A stretch of DNA of 64,000 nt from Polyangiales bacterium (GCA_045106895.1 JBGCFM010000069.1:1-64000), one strand, 5' to 3'. Counted from the first letter of the stretch, positions 49,670 through 60,422 are shown. The notes: generated by a model not told the origin, from the letters alone. Made by a program: numbers and translations.

Positions 49670-50875
49670 ATGAGCGAAACACCGAAAAAGATCATCCTCG
49701 CCTACAGCGGCGGCCTCGACACCTCCGTCATCCTCACTTGGCTCAAAGAAGAGTACGAGGGCTGCGAAGTCGTCGCCTTCTGCGCCGACGTCGGCCAGGG
49801 TGAGGAGCTAGACGGCCTCGATGCAAAGGCAAAAGCAACGGGCGCGACGAAGTGTGTCGTGGCGGACGTCCGAAAGGACTTCGTGGAGAACTACGTCTTC
49901 CCAATGCTCCGTTCCAACGCGCTCTACGAAGGCGAGTATCTGCTCGGAACGTCCATCGCGCGCCCGTGCATCGCGAAAGCGATGATGGACGTTGCCCGCG
50001 AGGAGAACGCGGATGCAATCGCCCACGGCGCCACCGGCAAGGGGAACGATCAGGTCCGCTTCGAGTTGTCCGCCATGGCCATCGACCCTCGCGTCCAGGT
50101 CATCGCGCCTTGGCGCACGTGGGACCTCAAGAGTCGCACCGACTGCATTGATTTCTGTAAGAAGCGCGACATCCCCATCGAGGCCACTGCGGAGAAGCCG
50201 TACTCGATGGATGCGAACGCGTTCCATATTTCGTACGAAGGCGGAATCCTCGAAGACCCGTGGGCCGAGGCGCCGGCGGATATCTACCGATGGACCAAAG
50301 ACCCAGCGGATGCGCCGGACGCTCCTCAGTACGTGGAGGTCTCCTACAAGAACGGCGACCCCATCGCCGTCGACGGCAAGGAGATGGAACCTTTTGAGCT
50401 CCTCGAGCACCTGAACGGTCTTGGGTCTACCCACGGAATTGGACGCGTCGACATCGTCGAGAACCGTTTCGTCGGCATGAAGTCGCGCGGAGTCTACGAG
50501 ACGCCCGGCGGCACGATTCTACAAAAGGCCCACCGAGCGATGGAGTCCATCTGCATGGACCGAGAGGTCATGCGAATCCGGGATGGCTTGATCCCCGAGT
50601 ACACCTCGCTCGTCTACCGTGGCTTCTGGTTCGCGCCGGAACGTGAGACGTTGCAGGCACTCATCGATCACTCGCAAAAAGACGTTGAGGGCGACGTGCG
50701 TCTGAAGCTCTACAAGGGGGTCTGTTCCGTCGTCGGTCGTCGCTCTCCGAAGAGCCTCTACGATGCGGATGTTGTGACTTTCGAAGCGGACGAGGTCTAC
50801 GACCAGGGCGACGCGACGGGCTTTATTCGCCTGAACGGCCTACGTTTGCGCCTTCGCGCAGCCCAAAAGCGCTAG
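49670..50875 (+). CDS. argG: Argininosuccinate synthase
   Basis: [40 protein letters not shown]. Confidence 0.98.
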   Translation: MSETPKKIILAYSGGLDTSVILTWLKEEYEGCEVVAFCADVGQGEELDGLDAKAKATGATKCVVADVRKDFVENYVFPMLRSNALYEGEYLLGTSIARPCIAKAMMDVAREENADAIAHGATGKGNDQVRFELSAMAIDPRVQVIAPWRTWDLKSRTDCIDFCKKRDIPIEATAEKPYSMDANAFHISYEGGILEDPWAEAPADIYRWTKDPADAPDAPQYVEVSYKNGDPIAVDGKEMEPFELLEHLNGLGSTHGIGRVDIVENRFVGMKSRGVYETPGGTILQKAHRAMESICMDREVMRIRDGLIPEYTSLVYRGFWFAPERETLQALIDHSQKDVEGDVRLKLYKGVCSVVGRRSPKSLYDADVVTFEADEVYDQGDATGFIRLNGLRLRLRAAQKR

Positions 50876-50905
50876 CCACTCTGTTCTGCCCACCGCCACC
50901 TCCAT

Positions 50906-50930
50906 CAGGAGACGTTGCTCACGTCTCCTG
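50906..50930. terminator. Hairpin downstream of argG (terminator or RNA stability element)
   Basis: Perfect 10-bp stem CAGGAGACGT-tgctc-ACGTCTCCTG; no U-tract. Confidence 0.5.
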
Positions 50931-50970
50931 TGGGGGATAGGCTTGCGATCCGCTACGAGCGGAGTGCACT

Positions 50971-52251
50971 TTGGACGACCCTTCCAGTACCAACTTGATC
51001 TTCCTGCTCTCCCTCGGGACCGTCCTCGCCACGCTCTTGGCGGCGATGAATGCAGGGCTCAACGTTCTCGGAACAGCGCACCTTGAAGCGCTAAGCGAGG
51101 GCGAGGGGCGAACTGCGAAAGTCGCGGGTGCCGCTCTCGGCCGTCTTGAAGCGCTCCGGACGCGACTCCTTGTCGGGCGCATCGCTTTCGTCTCCATCGC
51201 GGCGGGCTGCGCGGTTCTCCTCGCGCTTCCAATGGGTGCGTGGGCTGGCATCGCTGCGAGTTTCGCGCTGGGAATGCTCTACGCGCTCCTCGCGGAAATG
51301 GTCCGCGGCATCGTCTCCAAACGCCCCGCGAAGACGACCATTGCGTTGCTTCGTGTGATGCGTCCCATCGAGCTCTTCGTCGCGCCTTTGGCCGCCCCCA
51401 TCGTTTGGTTGGGTCGCGGTGCCAGCAGTGCGATGCCGCAAGCGGCGCCCACCGCGGGTCTCGCAAGTCGCGCTGTTGAGCATCTCATCGAGCAGGGAGA
51501 GGAGCGCGGCCAGATCGCCGAGAGCCAGGCCCAGCTGCTCTACAGCGTGCTGGAGTTTCGCGACACCATCGCACGCGAGATCATGGTCCCACGCACGCTC
51601 GTCGAAGCCTTTGAACGCGAGACAAGTCTTGAGCACGTGCTCGAGCGCATCGAGTCCAGCGCTCACTCTCGTTACCCTGTGTATCGCGAGTCCATCGACC
51701 ACATCGAAGGAATTCTCTACGCGAAGGATGTGTTTCGACTGCTTCGCACCCAAGAGGACCGCGAGGCGTCCATCGAGTCGCTTATCAGGCCCGTTTTTCA
51801 CGCGCACGAGACGCAAAAGATCGGCGTCCTGCTCCGTGAGATGCAGGCCAATCGCTTTCACCTCGCTGTCGTTGTCGACGAGTTCGGTGGCGTCGCCGGC
51901 ATCGTCACCCTTGAGGATATCGTCGAAGAAATCGTCGGAGAGATCGAGGACGAGCACGACGACGCGGTCCCCCGCATCGAGGCGCTCACCGATGGGTGCT
52001 GGTCTATTGATGCGGGACTCTCTCTCGCCGACGTGGAAGACGTCGTGGATTTGCCCTTGGATGCGGATGACGCAGACTACGACTCCATCGGGGGCCTGGT
52101 GACGCATATCGCTGGTGAAGTGCCCGAGGTTGGCCAGGTGCTGACCTTCGCGGGATGCGAGCTGACTGTTCTCGCCGCCGACGAACGGCGAGTGAGCCGT
52201 GTAGAACTCCGGCTCCTCACGAGCGCGGGCGCAAAAGTCTTAGAAACATAG
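50971..52251 (+). CDS. Hemolysin-like CNNM/CBS/CorC-domain membrane protein
   Basis: N-terminal TM region; IMVPR, HSRYPVY, VVDEFGGVAGIVTLEDIVEEIVGEIEDE. Confidence 0.92.
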   Translation: MDDPSSTNLIFLLSLGTVLATLLAAMNAGLNVLGTAHLEALSEGEGRTAKVAGAALGRLEALRTRLLVGRIAFVSIAAGCAVLLALPMGAWAGIAASFALGMLYALLAEMVRGIVSKRPAKTTIALLRVMRPIELFVAPLAAPIVWLGRGASSAMPQAAPTAGLASRAVEHLIEQGEERGQIAESQAQLLYSVLEFRDTIAREIMVPRTLVEAFERETSLEHVLERIESSAHSRYPVYRESIDHIEGILYAKDVFRLLRTQEDREASIESLIRPVFHAHETQKIGVLLREMQANRFHLAVVVDEFGGVAGIVTLEDIVEEIVGEIEDEHDDAVPRIEALTDGCWSIDAGLSLADVEDVVDLPLDADDADYDSIGGLVTHIAGEVPEVGQVLTFAGCELTVLAADERRVSRVELRLLTSAGAKVLET

Positions 52252-52258
52252 GTCTCAA

Positions 52259-52912
52259 ATGAGCGAAGCACCCAAAGCCACCCCCATCGCTTTCATGTCG
52301 GACATTCACGGGAACGCCAAGGCGCTCAAAGCCGTGCTGGACGAACTCGCGAGGCAAGACGTTCGGGTGATCTACGCCGCCGGCGACCATCTCCTCGGCG
52401 GTGATGAGCCGCTTGAGACGTGGCGCCTCCTCCAGAAGGCCAACGTTCAGTGCGCACGTGGGCTCTCGGAGTTGGCGATGCTTCGCGTCGACCCCGATGA
52501 ACTGTCTCCCACGGGCGACGAAGAGTTCGCGAAGGTGGACCAGTTCATCGAAACGCGTCGTGCGCTTGGGGACCTCATTCTGGAACAGATTCGACGGCTA
52601 GAGCCGACGCTTCGCGTGCCGCTCATCGATGGTCGCGAGCTTCTGGTCGTTCACGGCTCGCCCTCGGACCCGCTCGGCGAGATCTCTCATGACGCGAGCG
52701 ACGAGGAACTCGAAGCGCTCGTCTCCAGCGACCCCGCGGACATCGTCGTGTGTGGCGCGAGTCATGTCGCTTTCCGAAGAGACATCGAAGGAACCACGAT
52801 TCTTTCCGTGGGCTCCGTGGGCGCCTCTCCCTCCGGCGTCGCGCATTTTACCGTCGTTCGTCCGCGAATGGACGGCCTTGAGGTGCATCAAGACCACGTC
52901 GAGTACGCGTAG
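52259..52912 (+). CDS. Metallophosphoesterase-family protein (YfcE-like) with degenerate metal ligands
   Basis: SDIHGN, AGD and VHGSP present; GNH replaced by GLS and GHTH by GASH. Confidence 0.8.
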   Translation: MSEAPKATPIAFMSDIHGNAKALKAVLDELARQDVRVIYAAGDHLLGGDEPLETWRLLQKANVQCARGLSELAMLRVDPDELSPTGDEEFAKVDQFIETRRALGDLILEQIRRLEPTLRVPLIDGRELLVVHGSPSDPLGEISHDASDEELEALVSSDPADIVVCGASHVAFRRDIEGTTILSVGSVGASPSGVAHFTVVRPRMDGLEVHQDHVEYA

Positions 52913-52996
52913 TTAGCGACATAAAACCACGTTCGCTCGCTCCCGATATTATGACGCGTATTTTGGCGCACAATGTAGGTGTGTGTACGATGCCGA

Positions 52997-53434
52997 ATGT
53001 CTCGACCAGGTTTAGCGAAGGCGTCTCGGGGCGCCTTTCTTCGGAGCGGCGTTCTCAGTCGTGAAGCCGAGGTGCTTCTGATGCGCCTGATCACGCGCTT
53101 GTCCGAGGGTTCTGTGCGCACCGATCCCGCGGGGGACTCCTACTTCGGGAGCACCATGTTCTCCGTAAACCTGCGGGCCCTTGAGGACGCTTGGCGAGGC
53201 AAACTCGATCGTGAAGCGCTCCGAACGGCCGTCGAGGGGTCGGTTCGTATGCGTCTCCGTCTCATGCGCTTGAGCGCCGCAGATGCCAAGCAGCGCGTTC
53301 CTGATCGTATCTGGGGAATGACCACATCCGAGACCCGCGTGGCGCTAGAGGGGGACTCCCTTCACATCGACGTAGACGTCGAAGCACCTCTTGATCTCGT
53401 GCTGGGCACCGCGGCGCAGGCTACAAGCGAGTAG
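52997..53434 (+). CDS. Hypothetical protein
   Basis: Coding-like frame whose stop overlaps the next start (TAGTG); start uncertain (52979, 52997 or 53080). Confidence 0.55.
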   Translation: MSRPGLAKASRGAFLRSGVLSREAEVLLMRLITRLSEGSVRTDPAGDSYFGSTMFSVNLRALEDAWRGKLDREALRTAVEGSVRMRLRLMRLSAADAKQRVPDRIWGMTTSETRVALEGDSLHIDVDVEAPLDLVLGTAAQATSE

Positions 53435-54438
53435 TGAGCACAATGAAAAAGAGTGACAACGTCATTCACGTCTTCTTTGGCGACGACGGCGGATACAAGA
53501 TCCAGACGCCGGACGCGATCGAAGCGGACGTGCAGGTTAAGATCGAGACCGCTCCCGGTGACTCGAGCGATCCCCTCGCTGCTCTCTACTCGCGCGCTGA
53601 GACCGCGCGCCTGTTCAGCATCAAAGAAGGACGGCTTCGCTACTGGGACCGAACCGATTTCCTCAGTCCGTCTGCGACACGTGGGCGCCGCAAGTACTAC
53701 ACGTTTCAAGACCTCATCGGGATTCGCGCGGCGAAGGGGCTGCTCGACCAGGGGCTTCCTCTACAAGAGGTTCGTCGCAGCGTCGCGGCGATACGCAACG
53801 CGCTCCCCCTCGTGGTGCGACCGCTCTCGGAGCTCCGCGTCGTCGCAGAAGGCGCGGCGATGCTTGTACGAGACGAAGGCGCCGCCTTCGAAGCGCAAAC
53901 GGGGCAGCTCGTCCTCGACTTTCGTGTCGACTCGATTCGCGAGGACGTCGTTCGTATCCTGCGACCTGAGCAAAGCGACAACCCGGATGCGTACTCGCGA
54001 TATCTGGAAGGCTGTCGGCTCGACGAAGATGAGTCTACGTTCGACGAAGCCGAGGCCGCCTACCGCGACGCGATTCGGCTCGACCCGGCGCTTACAAATG
54101 CGCTGACGAATCTAGGCAACCTTCGCTATCGCCGCGGCGACCAGGACGGGGCTACACGCTACTACCGGCAAGCATTGCAACTTGATGCGTCGCATCCGGA
54201 GGCCCTCTACAACCTAGGCTTTGTTGCTCAAGACGATGGCGACGACGCTGCGGCGATTTCTTATTTTCAGGCAGCCCTGCGTAGCGACCCTGCGTTTGCA
54301 GACGCGCATTTCAATCTCGGCTTGGCGCTTCTCGGGGACGGTCGCGCAGCCGAAGCCAAAGAGCACTGGCGTGCGTACCTGACGCTCGAGCCACAGGGCG
54401 AATGGGCGCCCATCGCCGAGCGTCACCTTCAGCAGTAG
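53434..54438 (+). CDS. MerR-type HTH protein with C-terminal TPR repeats
   Basis: YSRAETARLFSIKEGRLRYWDR...RKYYTFQDL (MerR HTH); ALTNLGNL, ALYNLG and AHFNLG TPRs. Confidence 0.85.
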   Translation: MSTMKKSDNVIHVFFGDDGGYKIQTPDAIEADVQVKIETAPGDSSDPLAALYSRAETARLFSIKEGRLRYWDRTDFLSPSATRGRRKYYTFQDLIGIRAAKGLLDQGLPLQEVRRSVAAIRNALPLVVRPLSELRVVAEGAAMLVRDEGAAFEAQTGQLVLDFRVDSIREDVVRILRPEQSDNPDAYSRYLEGCRLDEDESTFDEAEAAYRDAIRLDPALTNALTNLGNLRYRRGDQDGATRYYRQALQLDASHPEALYNLGFVAQDDGDDAAAISYFQAALRSDPAFADAHFNLGLALLGDGRAAEAKEHWRAYLTLEPQGEWAPIAERHLQQ

Positions 54439-54492
54439 CTCCTCGCTGCGCGCCATAAGCGCAGGCCAGCCGGCGGAGCTATCGAGCTCGCG

Positions 54493-57400
54493 TCAGTCGT
54501 CGGTTGGAAGCGGCGGCGGAAGCGAGACGCGACCTGGAGGTGGAGGCGGCGCAGAAGGCCTCGGCGGAGGCGCCGATGGCCGTGGCGGGGCAGACGCCCT
54601 TCCGGGGATCGGGGGGGCGGACGACGGCGGTGGCGGTGGCGGTGCCGACACGCGTGGCGGGTCCACCTCAAGATCGTCGAGACTCAGCTCGCTGACGCTC
54701 AGCTCGTCGAGCCCCTCGTCCACGTCGAGCTCGCTCACGCTAAGCTCGTCTACGCCGAAATCGTCCATGTCCTGGAGCTCGCCGAGGCTCAGCTCGTCGA
54801 CGAATTCGTCGCTGCCGCTCCCAGCGAAGTCGTCGAACTCTTGGCTGGCGAGCATAGGCGCGTCTTCCGCGGACTCGGGCTCGAGGGCCGCCTCTTGGGT
54901 TTCCGCCAGAACCGCATCGTTGCTCGGGGGAGGGCCAAACTCGACGAAGGGTGAATCCTCATCCATCGAGCGGGTCTCTTCGTCGCCAAAGCTCATCGGC
55001 TGCCGTGAGAGCTCCTCTGGGATAGCCAACGTCTCGAACACGGCGTCGTTCGGCGCCTCCAACTCCGACGTGTGTTCGTTCGTGACGTCCTGGAACTCGT
55101 CCGCGCTGTCGAGTTCTTCGATCTCGCTGGCGTCCGCGTCGTCCGCGTCTGCGTCCGCATCGACCTCATCCAGCTCATCGAGGACTTCCTCGTCGACCAC
55201 TTCGGTGTTCGCATCGAGGAGGCTGCCGAACTGGCTCGCGACATCCGCATCTTCGACGTCGCTCGCGGATGCCTCTGGCTTCGCTGGCGCCTCTGGCTTC
55301 GCCGGACTCTCTGCCCCCGCGAGCTTGCTGAGGTTGGCCCCTTCCGGAAGCATGATCTCACTCGTGTCGATGTGCTTCTTGTTCTGTTGAAGCGCAGCGA
55401 TGGACTTCGTGGCCTCTTCGTTCTTGCTGTCCGCCCGCAGGACGCGCTTCCAGGCGTCGATGGCCTCGTAGCGGTTGTCGAGGTCGTTCTGCCAAACGAG
55501 GGCGGTCTCGCGCAAAAGCGGAAGACGCTCTTCTGGAGTCTTGGCTTTGGAGATCTCTCGCTTGAGCGCGACGAGCAGGTTCTGGCTATTGCCGTCGCGC
55601 CGCAGCGCCGCCAGATATCGCAGCACGACGTCGGGCGTTCGCTCGACGGTCAGGACTCGACGGTACGCTTCCGCAGCCCCGGCGGCGTCGTTGAGCACGG
55701 TGTCGAGGAGCTCTGCTTGACGAACGCCAATTTCAGCGACGGCCTTGGAGTCGATGGTCTCGTCGATGAGATGGCGGTAGTGCGCTTCGACTTCGCGTTC
55801 GCGGGAATAGCGTTTCGCATGCGCATCGAGGGCGTCGAGGGTGCTTGGGACGCTAGCCACAGCCGTGGCTTTCTTCAGCAGGTCGAATGCGGCGTTCGAA
55901 TCGCCGAGCCGCTCTTCCTGAAGCCGCGCGGCACGACGCAGGAGCTCTCCGCCCGGGATAGGGTCGTCTTCCGCGTCGTCCCCCAGTAAGGTGTAGAGCT
56001 CCGCCAGCGTGCGAATTGCGTTCCTGACGCCGCTCGCATCGAGGTCCGAGACGTGCTCTTCGATGCGGGTCTGAAGTTCCGGCGTGCGAAGGGAAAGTAC
56101 GACCCCTTGAGCGAGGTACTGCGTGGCCCGCTCGGTGTCTTTGAGTCCACGAAAACAAAGGTCGGCGGCGCGGAGGATGGCGTCGACTCGCGCCTCGTCG
56201 GTGGAAGCCTTGGACTTACGTGTGTCGTAGACGTGAAGCAGCTCGTCCGCGCGCCCAAGCGCCGGCGCCATCTGCTCGGCTCGTTCCATCAACGACATGT
56301 CGTCCGGGGATAGCGAGGCTGCGCGGAGCACCCGGTCAAACGCGTCACTCGGAAGCGACGCGTTGTTTTCAAGGATACTCGCGTGGCGAAGCAGGAGCGA
56401 AACCTTCGCCTCCGTGGACGTCACGGTTCCCAGTACTCGATCGTAGACCTGCGCGAGCCGCGGCCATGCCTTCGACGTAATGGCGAGGCGGTCGACCTCC
56501 GCTAGGACCTCAAGGTCCGAGAGGTCCAGCGCGTATGAACGCAGCATCGCCTCGAGGGCGTTTGCCGTTTCGTTCAGGCGTTCGTAGGTCCGCGCAGCGT
56601 CTCGCCACCGGCGGGCTGCTTCAATTTGGCTTAGCGCGGAGTTGGCTTTTCGCGTGTACACATCGACAAGGGCGCGCTCTTCTCCGGCGCCTTCCGCCAG
56701 GCGAGCGAGCTGCGCATCGGCCTCGAGGTCGAAATCGATGCGGGGTTCAAGTCTCGCCCATGCGCCGCTGGCATCGCCAAGCTCCGAAGCGGCTATCGCC
56801 GCTGCCCGCCGAATTAGCTCCCCTTGCGTTTCGTCGTCGGGTTCGAGGTTCGCGAGTCCGTCGAGCGCGGCGACCAGTTCTTCATGCCGATTAGCCTGCG
56901 TGAGCAGCCCAACAAGTCGCTCCCGGCAAACGTAGTCGGTCTCATCACAGGCCTGCCACGCATAAAGCGCGTCGATGGCCGCCTCGGTTTTGTTGAGCTT
57001 GTGTTCGTAGATGTCGGACAGCCGCTTCGTGAGCGGTAGACGCATGCCACTATCTTCGAAGAGCGCGAGTTTGCGTTCGAGGGCGTTTGCGAGCCCCTCT
57101 GTGTCGTCGGCACGTTCGCAAAGCGTTTGAAGCAGGTTCATGGAGGGCAGATGAGCGCCGTCGACGGTGTCGAGGAGGCGGCGGAGTTGGAGCGTCGCGT
57201 CCTCGCCGCGTCCAAGGCGTTCGAGCACCTCTGCGCGTTCGAAAAGAACGTCGCGCTGCTCTTCTCCGGCTTCCAGCACTGTGCCAAGTCGGTTGAGCAA
57301 CGCTTCGAGTTCCGGGTCCGAGTCGCGAAGGCGCGCGTTGATGACGAGTGCCCCAAGTGCCTCGGCGTCTTCGCCTCCCTCGAGGACTCGTTGCCACGAT

Positions 57401-59751
57401 TCGATCGCCTGCGTCGTGTCCTTGAGTTCGTCACCCAATACGCGGGCGATACGGCGATGGAGTTCACGGGCAGCGCTTGGCTCTTCTTTGTCGGCGCGGG
57501 CCTGGAGCACTCCCACCAGCTCAGTGAAACGAGACCCCTGTTCGTAGACACCGCACAATGAGTCGAGGACATCTCCCCGAGACGGGTCTAGATCGAGCGC
57601 CGTCGCGTACGCCGTGCTGCTTCGCTCTAGATCTCCGTGTTCGCGCGCGACGGCACCCAGGCGAACTTGGGCATCGACCTTGGCATCGCCGAGGACAACC
57701 TCGGCGCGGTACATGAGCGTCTCGATGAGGCGTGGTCGGTTGGCGTTGCGTTCGTCCACTCGCTCCATGGCGTCGAGGGCCGCGAGATGCGCAGGGGCGT
57801 CCCGCAATAAGCGCCGCCCCGTCTCGAACGTCTGCGGGTCATCGCCGAGTCGGTTTTCGTAGGTGTCGAGGAGCCGCTCGAGGAGAGCGATGCGGTCACC
57901 GGCGGTGGGGGCCTCGTGGACGCGACCTTCGAGGAGGCGAGCTCCTTCAGCAACGCCGTCTTCCGTTTGAAGAAGCGCGTCGCTCAGGTCGGCGACCGCC
58001 ATTGGGTCGCCGGCGTGAAGTTGCAGGATCGCGCGTAGCGCCACGATGGCTCGTGGAGGGTCATGGCGCTGCTCGCGATGCAGCGTGGCCAGCTCACGAA
58101 GCGCGGCGATCTTCTCGTCCGGATCAACAAGGGTGAGCGCTTGCTCGTCGAGGTGGCTCGCCAGTTCGTCCCATCGTTCTGCTTCGCGCAGCAGTCGCGT
58201 GATGGCTTGGGGGGCTTCGAGGTCCGCAGGATCCAAGCTGCCGATGGCGCGGTATGCGTCGATGGCTCCGGCGGTGTCGCGAAGGTGCGTCTCACTTACC
58301 TGCGCTGCTTCCCGCAGACGCGCGACGCGTTCCGGGGCACTGAGGCCGGGGCGACGAGACGCGCTGACCATGAGGTCGCGGAGTGCTGGCCAGTCGTCGA
58401 CCTGCCGGTAGTGTGCTTCGAGCACTCGGAGGGCGTCGCTGTGATCGGGATCCGCCTCAAGAATCTGCCGCGCGCACTCGGCGGCTTCTTCGTTGCGGCC
58501 GGCGCCCTGAAGCTCAGTCATGACCTCCAGCAAACGTGTCGCACGTTCGCCTGGTGGTCTTAGGCTCGCTGAAACCTGAAGAGCACGCAGCGCGTCGGAG
58601 TTTCGCCCCTCCCGTCGGTAGAGGTCGACGAGCGCGTCGGCGACCTCTGCGTCGCCGTTTGTGAGCAGGGGTTCAAGGCATGTGATGGCGTCCGGCGTTT
58701 GTCCGGCGGCTGCGTATGCAAACCCTAGGTCTCGGCGACGGCGGTCCGAGGCGCTGCCATTTGGGACAGCCTGGAGAAACCCCACCCAGCGAACGGGCAG
58801 GAGGTCGTTTCGGTTCTGTTCGCCAGCGAGGTGCTCGAGAAGGGAGAGAGCGCCTTCATGGCCAGGGACGGCGTCGAGAGCCGAGCCACAGTAAGCGATG
58901 GCGTGATCCGGGGGAACGTCTCGGGCCATCGAAACGAGCAGATCCGCTGCCTTGCTGCGGTCCGTGGCCGCAACGTCTGGATCGGAGACGATTCCGGCTC
59001 GATGAAAAAGCACCGTGGACAGCTCATGCATGACGGCGAGGTCCGAGGGGACTTCGCGGCGTGCACGCTCGAGTGCCTCGATTGCGCCAGCGTGGTCGCC
59101 GAGCTCTTTGCCTCGAAGGTGAGCGAGTTCCCGGAGCAGCTGGACCTTACGCGCTGGTTCCGGCTCGGAGTTTGTCTCCAGCTCAAGGAGCTGCGACGCG
59201 GCTTTGTGATTGCCCGCGGAGTTGTAGATCTCGCGTGCCGCGTAGATGGCTGCGATGAGTGAGGGGTCGGCCTCGAATGCTTTGCGGTAGTGGGCGATGG
59301 CTTTGTCGGGCCGTCCGTATTGGCGCTCGTAGAGCTGGCCGATTCGGTGCTCCGTGTCGGCGAGTCCGCGTTGGTCTCGCGCCTCCACTTGGATGGCGCC
59401 GCGTCGTCGAAGCGCTTCGAGGATCCTGCCGGGATCACCGGTGGTCTCCGCTAGCTGGAGTAAACGGTTGAGGACTTCTTGGTTACGAGGATCGCGGGCG
59501 GCCGCTTGCTCGTAGAGTTTGGTCGCGCGAATCGTGTCCCTCAGCTGCGTCGCCGCGAGCTCACCGGCTTCCATGTACGAACGAGCTGCTGCGCTCGCAT
59601 CTCCGAGGCGCCCCGCCCACCCCTCCACGAGGTTTGCCATGGACGGATAGTCCCCAAGGCGCGCGTAGTGATCTCGCAGCGCTTTGTACGCGGCTCGGTC
59701 ATCTGGGTTTCGCCGTAAACTGGCGATCAGTTCGGCGGCCCGTGGGTCCAT
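54493..59751 (-). CDS. Very large TPR/alpha-solenoid protein with acidic, Pro-rich C-terminal tail
   Basis: 1752-aa ORF of repeated A...Y/W..VL..DP helical units typical of myxobacterial giant TPR proteins; DELS(V/L)xEL repeats and a PPPP tail. Confidence 0.85.
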   Translation of the reverse strand: MDPRAAELIASLRRNPDDRAAYKALRDHYARLGDYPSMANLVEGWAGRLGDASAAARSYMEAGELAATQLRDTIRATKLYEQAAARDPRNQEVLNRLLQLAETTGDPGRILEALRRRGAIQVEARDQRGLADTEHRIGQLYERQYGRPDKAIAHYRKAFEADPSLIAAIYAAREIYNSAGNHKAASQLLELETNSEPEPARKVQLLRELAHLRGKELGDHAGAIEALERARREVPSDLAVMHELSTVLFHRAGIVSDPDVAATDRSKAADLLVSMARDVPPDHAIAYCGSALDAVPGHEGALSLLEHLAGEQNRNDLLPVRWVGFLQAVPNGSASDRRRRDLGFAYAAAGQTPDAITCLEPLLTNGDAEVADALVDLYRREGRNSDALRALQVSASLRPPGERATRLLEVMTELQGAGRNEEAAECARQILEADPDHSDALRVLEAHYRQVDDWPALRDLMVSASRRPGLSAPERVARLREAAQVSETHLRDTAGAIDAYRAIGSLDPADLEAPQAITRLLREAERWDELASHLDEQALTLVDPDEKIAALRELATLHREQRHDPPRAIVALRAILQLHAGDPMAVADLSDALLQTEDGVAEGARLLEGRVHEAPTAGDRIALLERLLDTYENRLGDDPQTFETGRRLLRDAPAHLAALDAMERVDERNANRPRLIETLMYRAEVVLGDAKVDAQVRLGAVAREHGDLERSSTAYATALDLDPSRGDVLDSLCGVYEQGSRFTELVGVLQARADKEEPSAARELHRRIARVLGDELKDTTQAIESWQRVLEGGEDAEALGALVINARLRDSDPELEALLNRLGTVLEAGEEQRDVLFERAEVLERLGRGEDATLQLRRLLDTVDGAHLPSMNLLQTLCERADDTEGLANALERKLALFEDSGMRLPLTKRLSDIYEHKLNKTEAAIDALYAWQACDETDYVCRERLVGLLTQANRHEELVAALDGLANLEPDDETQGELIRRAAAIAASELGDASGAWARLEPRIDFDLEADAQLARLAEGAGEERALVDVYTRKANSALSQIEAARRWRDAARTYERLNETANALEAMLRSYALDLSDLEVLAEVDRLAITSKAWPRLAQVYDRVLGTVTSTEAKVSLLLRHASILENNASLPSDAFDRVLRAASLSPDDMSLMERAEQMAPALGRADELLHVYDTRKSKASTDEARVDAILRAADLCFRGLKDTERATQYLAQGVVLSLRTPELQTRIEEHVSDLDASGVRNAIRTLAELYTLLGDDAEDDPIPGGELLRRAARLQEERLGDSNAAFDLLKKATAVASVPSTLDALDAHAKRYSREREVEAHYRHLIDETIDSKAVAEIGVRQAELLDTVLNDAAGAAEAYRRVLTVERTPDVVLRYLAALRRDGNSQNLLVALKREISKAKTPEERLPLLRETALVWQNDLDNRYEAIDAWKRVLRADSKNEEATKSIAALQQNKKHIDTSEIMLPEGANLSKLAGAESPAKPEAPAKPEASASDVEDADVASQFGSLLDANTEVVDEEVLDELDEVDADADADDADASEIEELDSADEFQDVTNEHTSELEAPNDAVFETLAIPEELSRQPMSFGDEETRSMDEDSPFVEFGPPPSNDAVLAETQEAALEPESAEDAPMLASQEFDDFAGSGSDEFVDELSLGELQDMDDFGVDELSVSELDVDEGLDELSVSELSLDDLEVDPPRVSAPPPPPPSSAPPIPGRASAPPRPSAPPPRPSAPPPPPGRVSLPPPLPTDD

Positions 59752-59829
59752 AAGGTGACGACGCTATCACGCTAGGTGTGCGCTCACCAAGCAAGCTGTC
59801 TGTTCACGGCGAAGGCCCAAGCCGGAGGC

Positions 59830-60408
59830 TTAGGGGTCGAGGCGTTGCCCACGCCATCGCTGTTGGACCCGCCGGTAGATAAAGCGCTCATGAAGTCGAG
59901 CGTCGCGGTCAAACCACAGCTCGATGGTCGAGGGACGCAGTCGAAAACCGCCCCAATCGGCGGGACGGGGAACGTCTCCCGGAAAGCGTTCGGAAGCAGC
60001 CTGAATCCGTTCATCCAAGGGGGTCAGAACAGCATGACTCTGCCGCGACGCCCAGGCGCCAAGCTGGCTCAGGCGGTCGCGTGAGGCAAAGTATGCATCG
60101 CTTTCCGCCGGGGACACCTTGGACACCAAGCCACGAGCCCGGAGCTGCACGCCGGTTTCCCACCAATGAAAAGCGAGGCTCGACTTTGGTGAACGACCCA
60201 GCTGACGCGCTTTGACGGACTCGTAGTTGGTATAAAATACGAACCCAAGAGCATCGAAGCCCTTGAGGAGCACATAACGCACGTCGGGCCCATCACGGTC
60301 TTCCGTCGCTAAGGCGACGCGTGACCAAGTCTCGGGACACGCGGACGCGGCATCGTCGAGGGCCGTCTGTACGCGGCGAACCAGCTCCTCATGGGTGATC
60401 GTGTCCAT
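59830..60408 (-). CDS. pdxH: Pyridoxine/pyridoxamine 5'-phosphate oxidase
   Basis: RYVLLKG, FYTNYES.K, SQLGAWAS.QS, PRPADWGG, RLHER, RLDP. Confidence 0.95.
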   Translation of the reverse strand: MDTITHEELVRRVQTALDDAASACPETWSRVALATEDRDGPDVRYVLLKGFDALGFVFYTNYESVKARQLGRSPKSSLAFHWWETGVQLRARGLVSKVSPAESDAYFASRDRLSQLGAWASRQSHAVLTPLDERIQAASERFPGDVPRPADWGGFRLRPSTIELWFDRDARLHERFIYRRVQQRWRGQRLDP

Positions 60409-60422
60409 GGATAGTTCGTGGG

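Noticed and set aside
52963..52990. TTGGCGCACAA-TGTAGG resembling the left arm of a dif site
   Set aside because: The right arm does not match the conserved TTATGT XerD arm; more likely promoter sequence.
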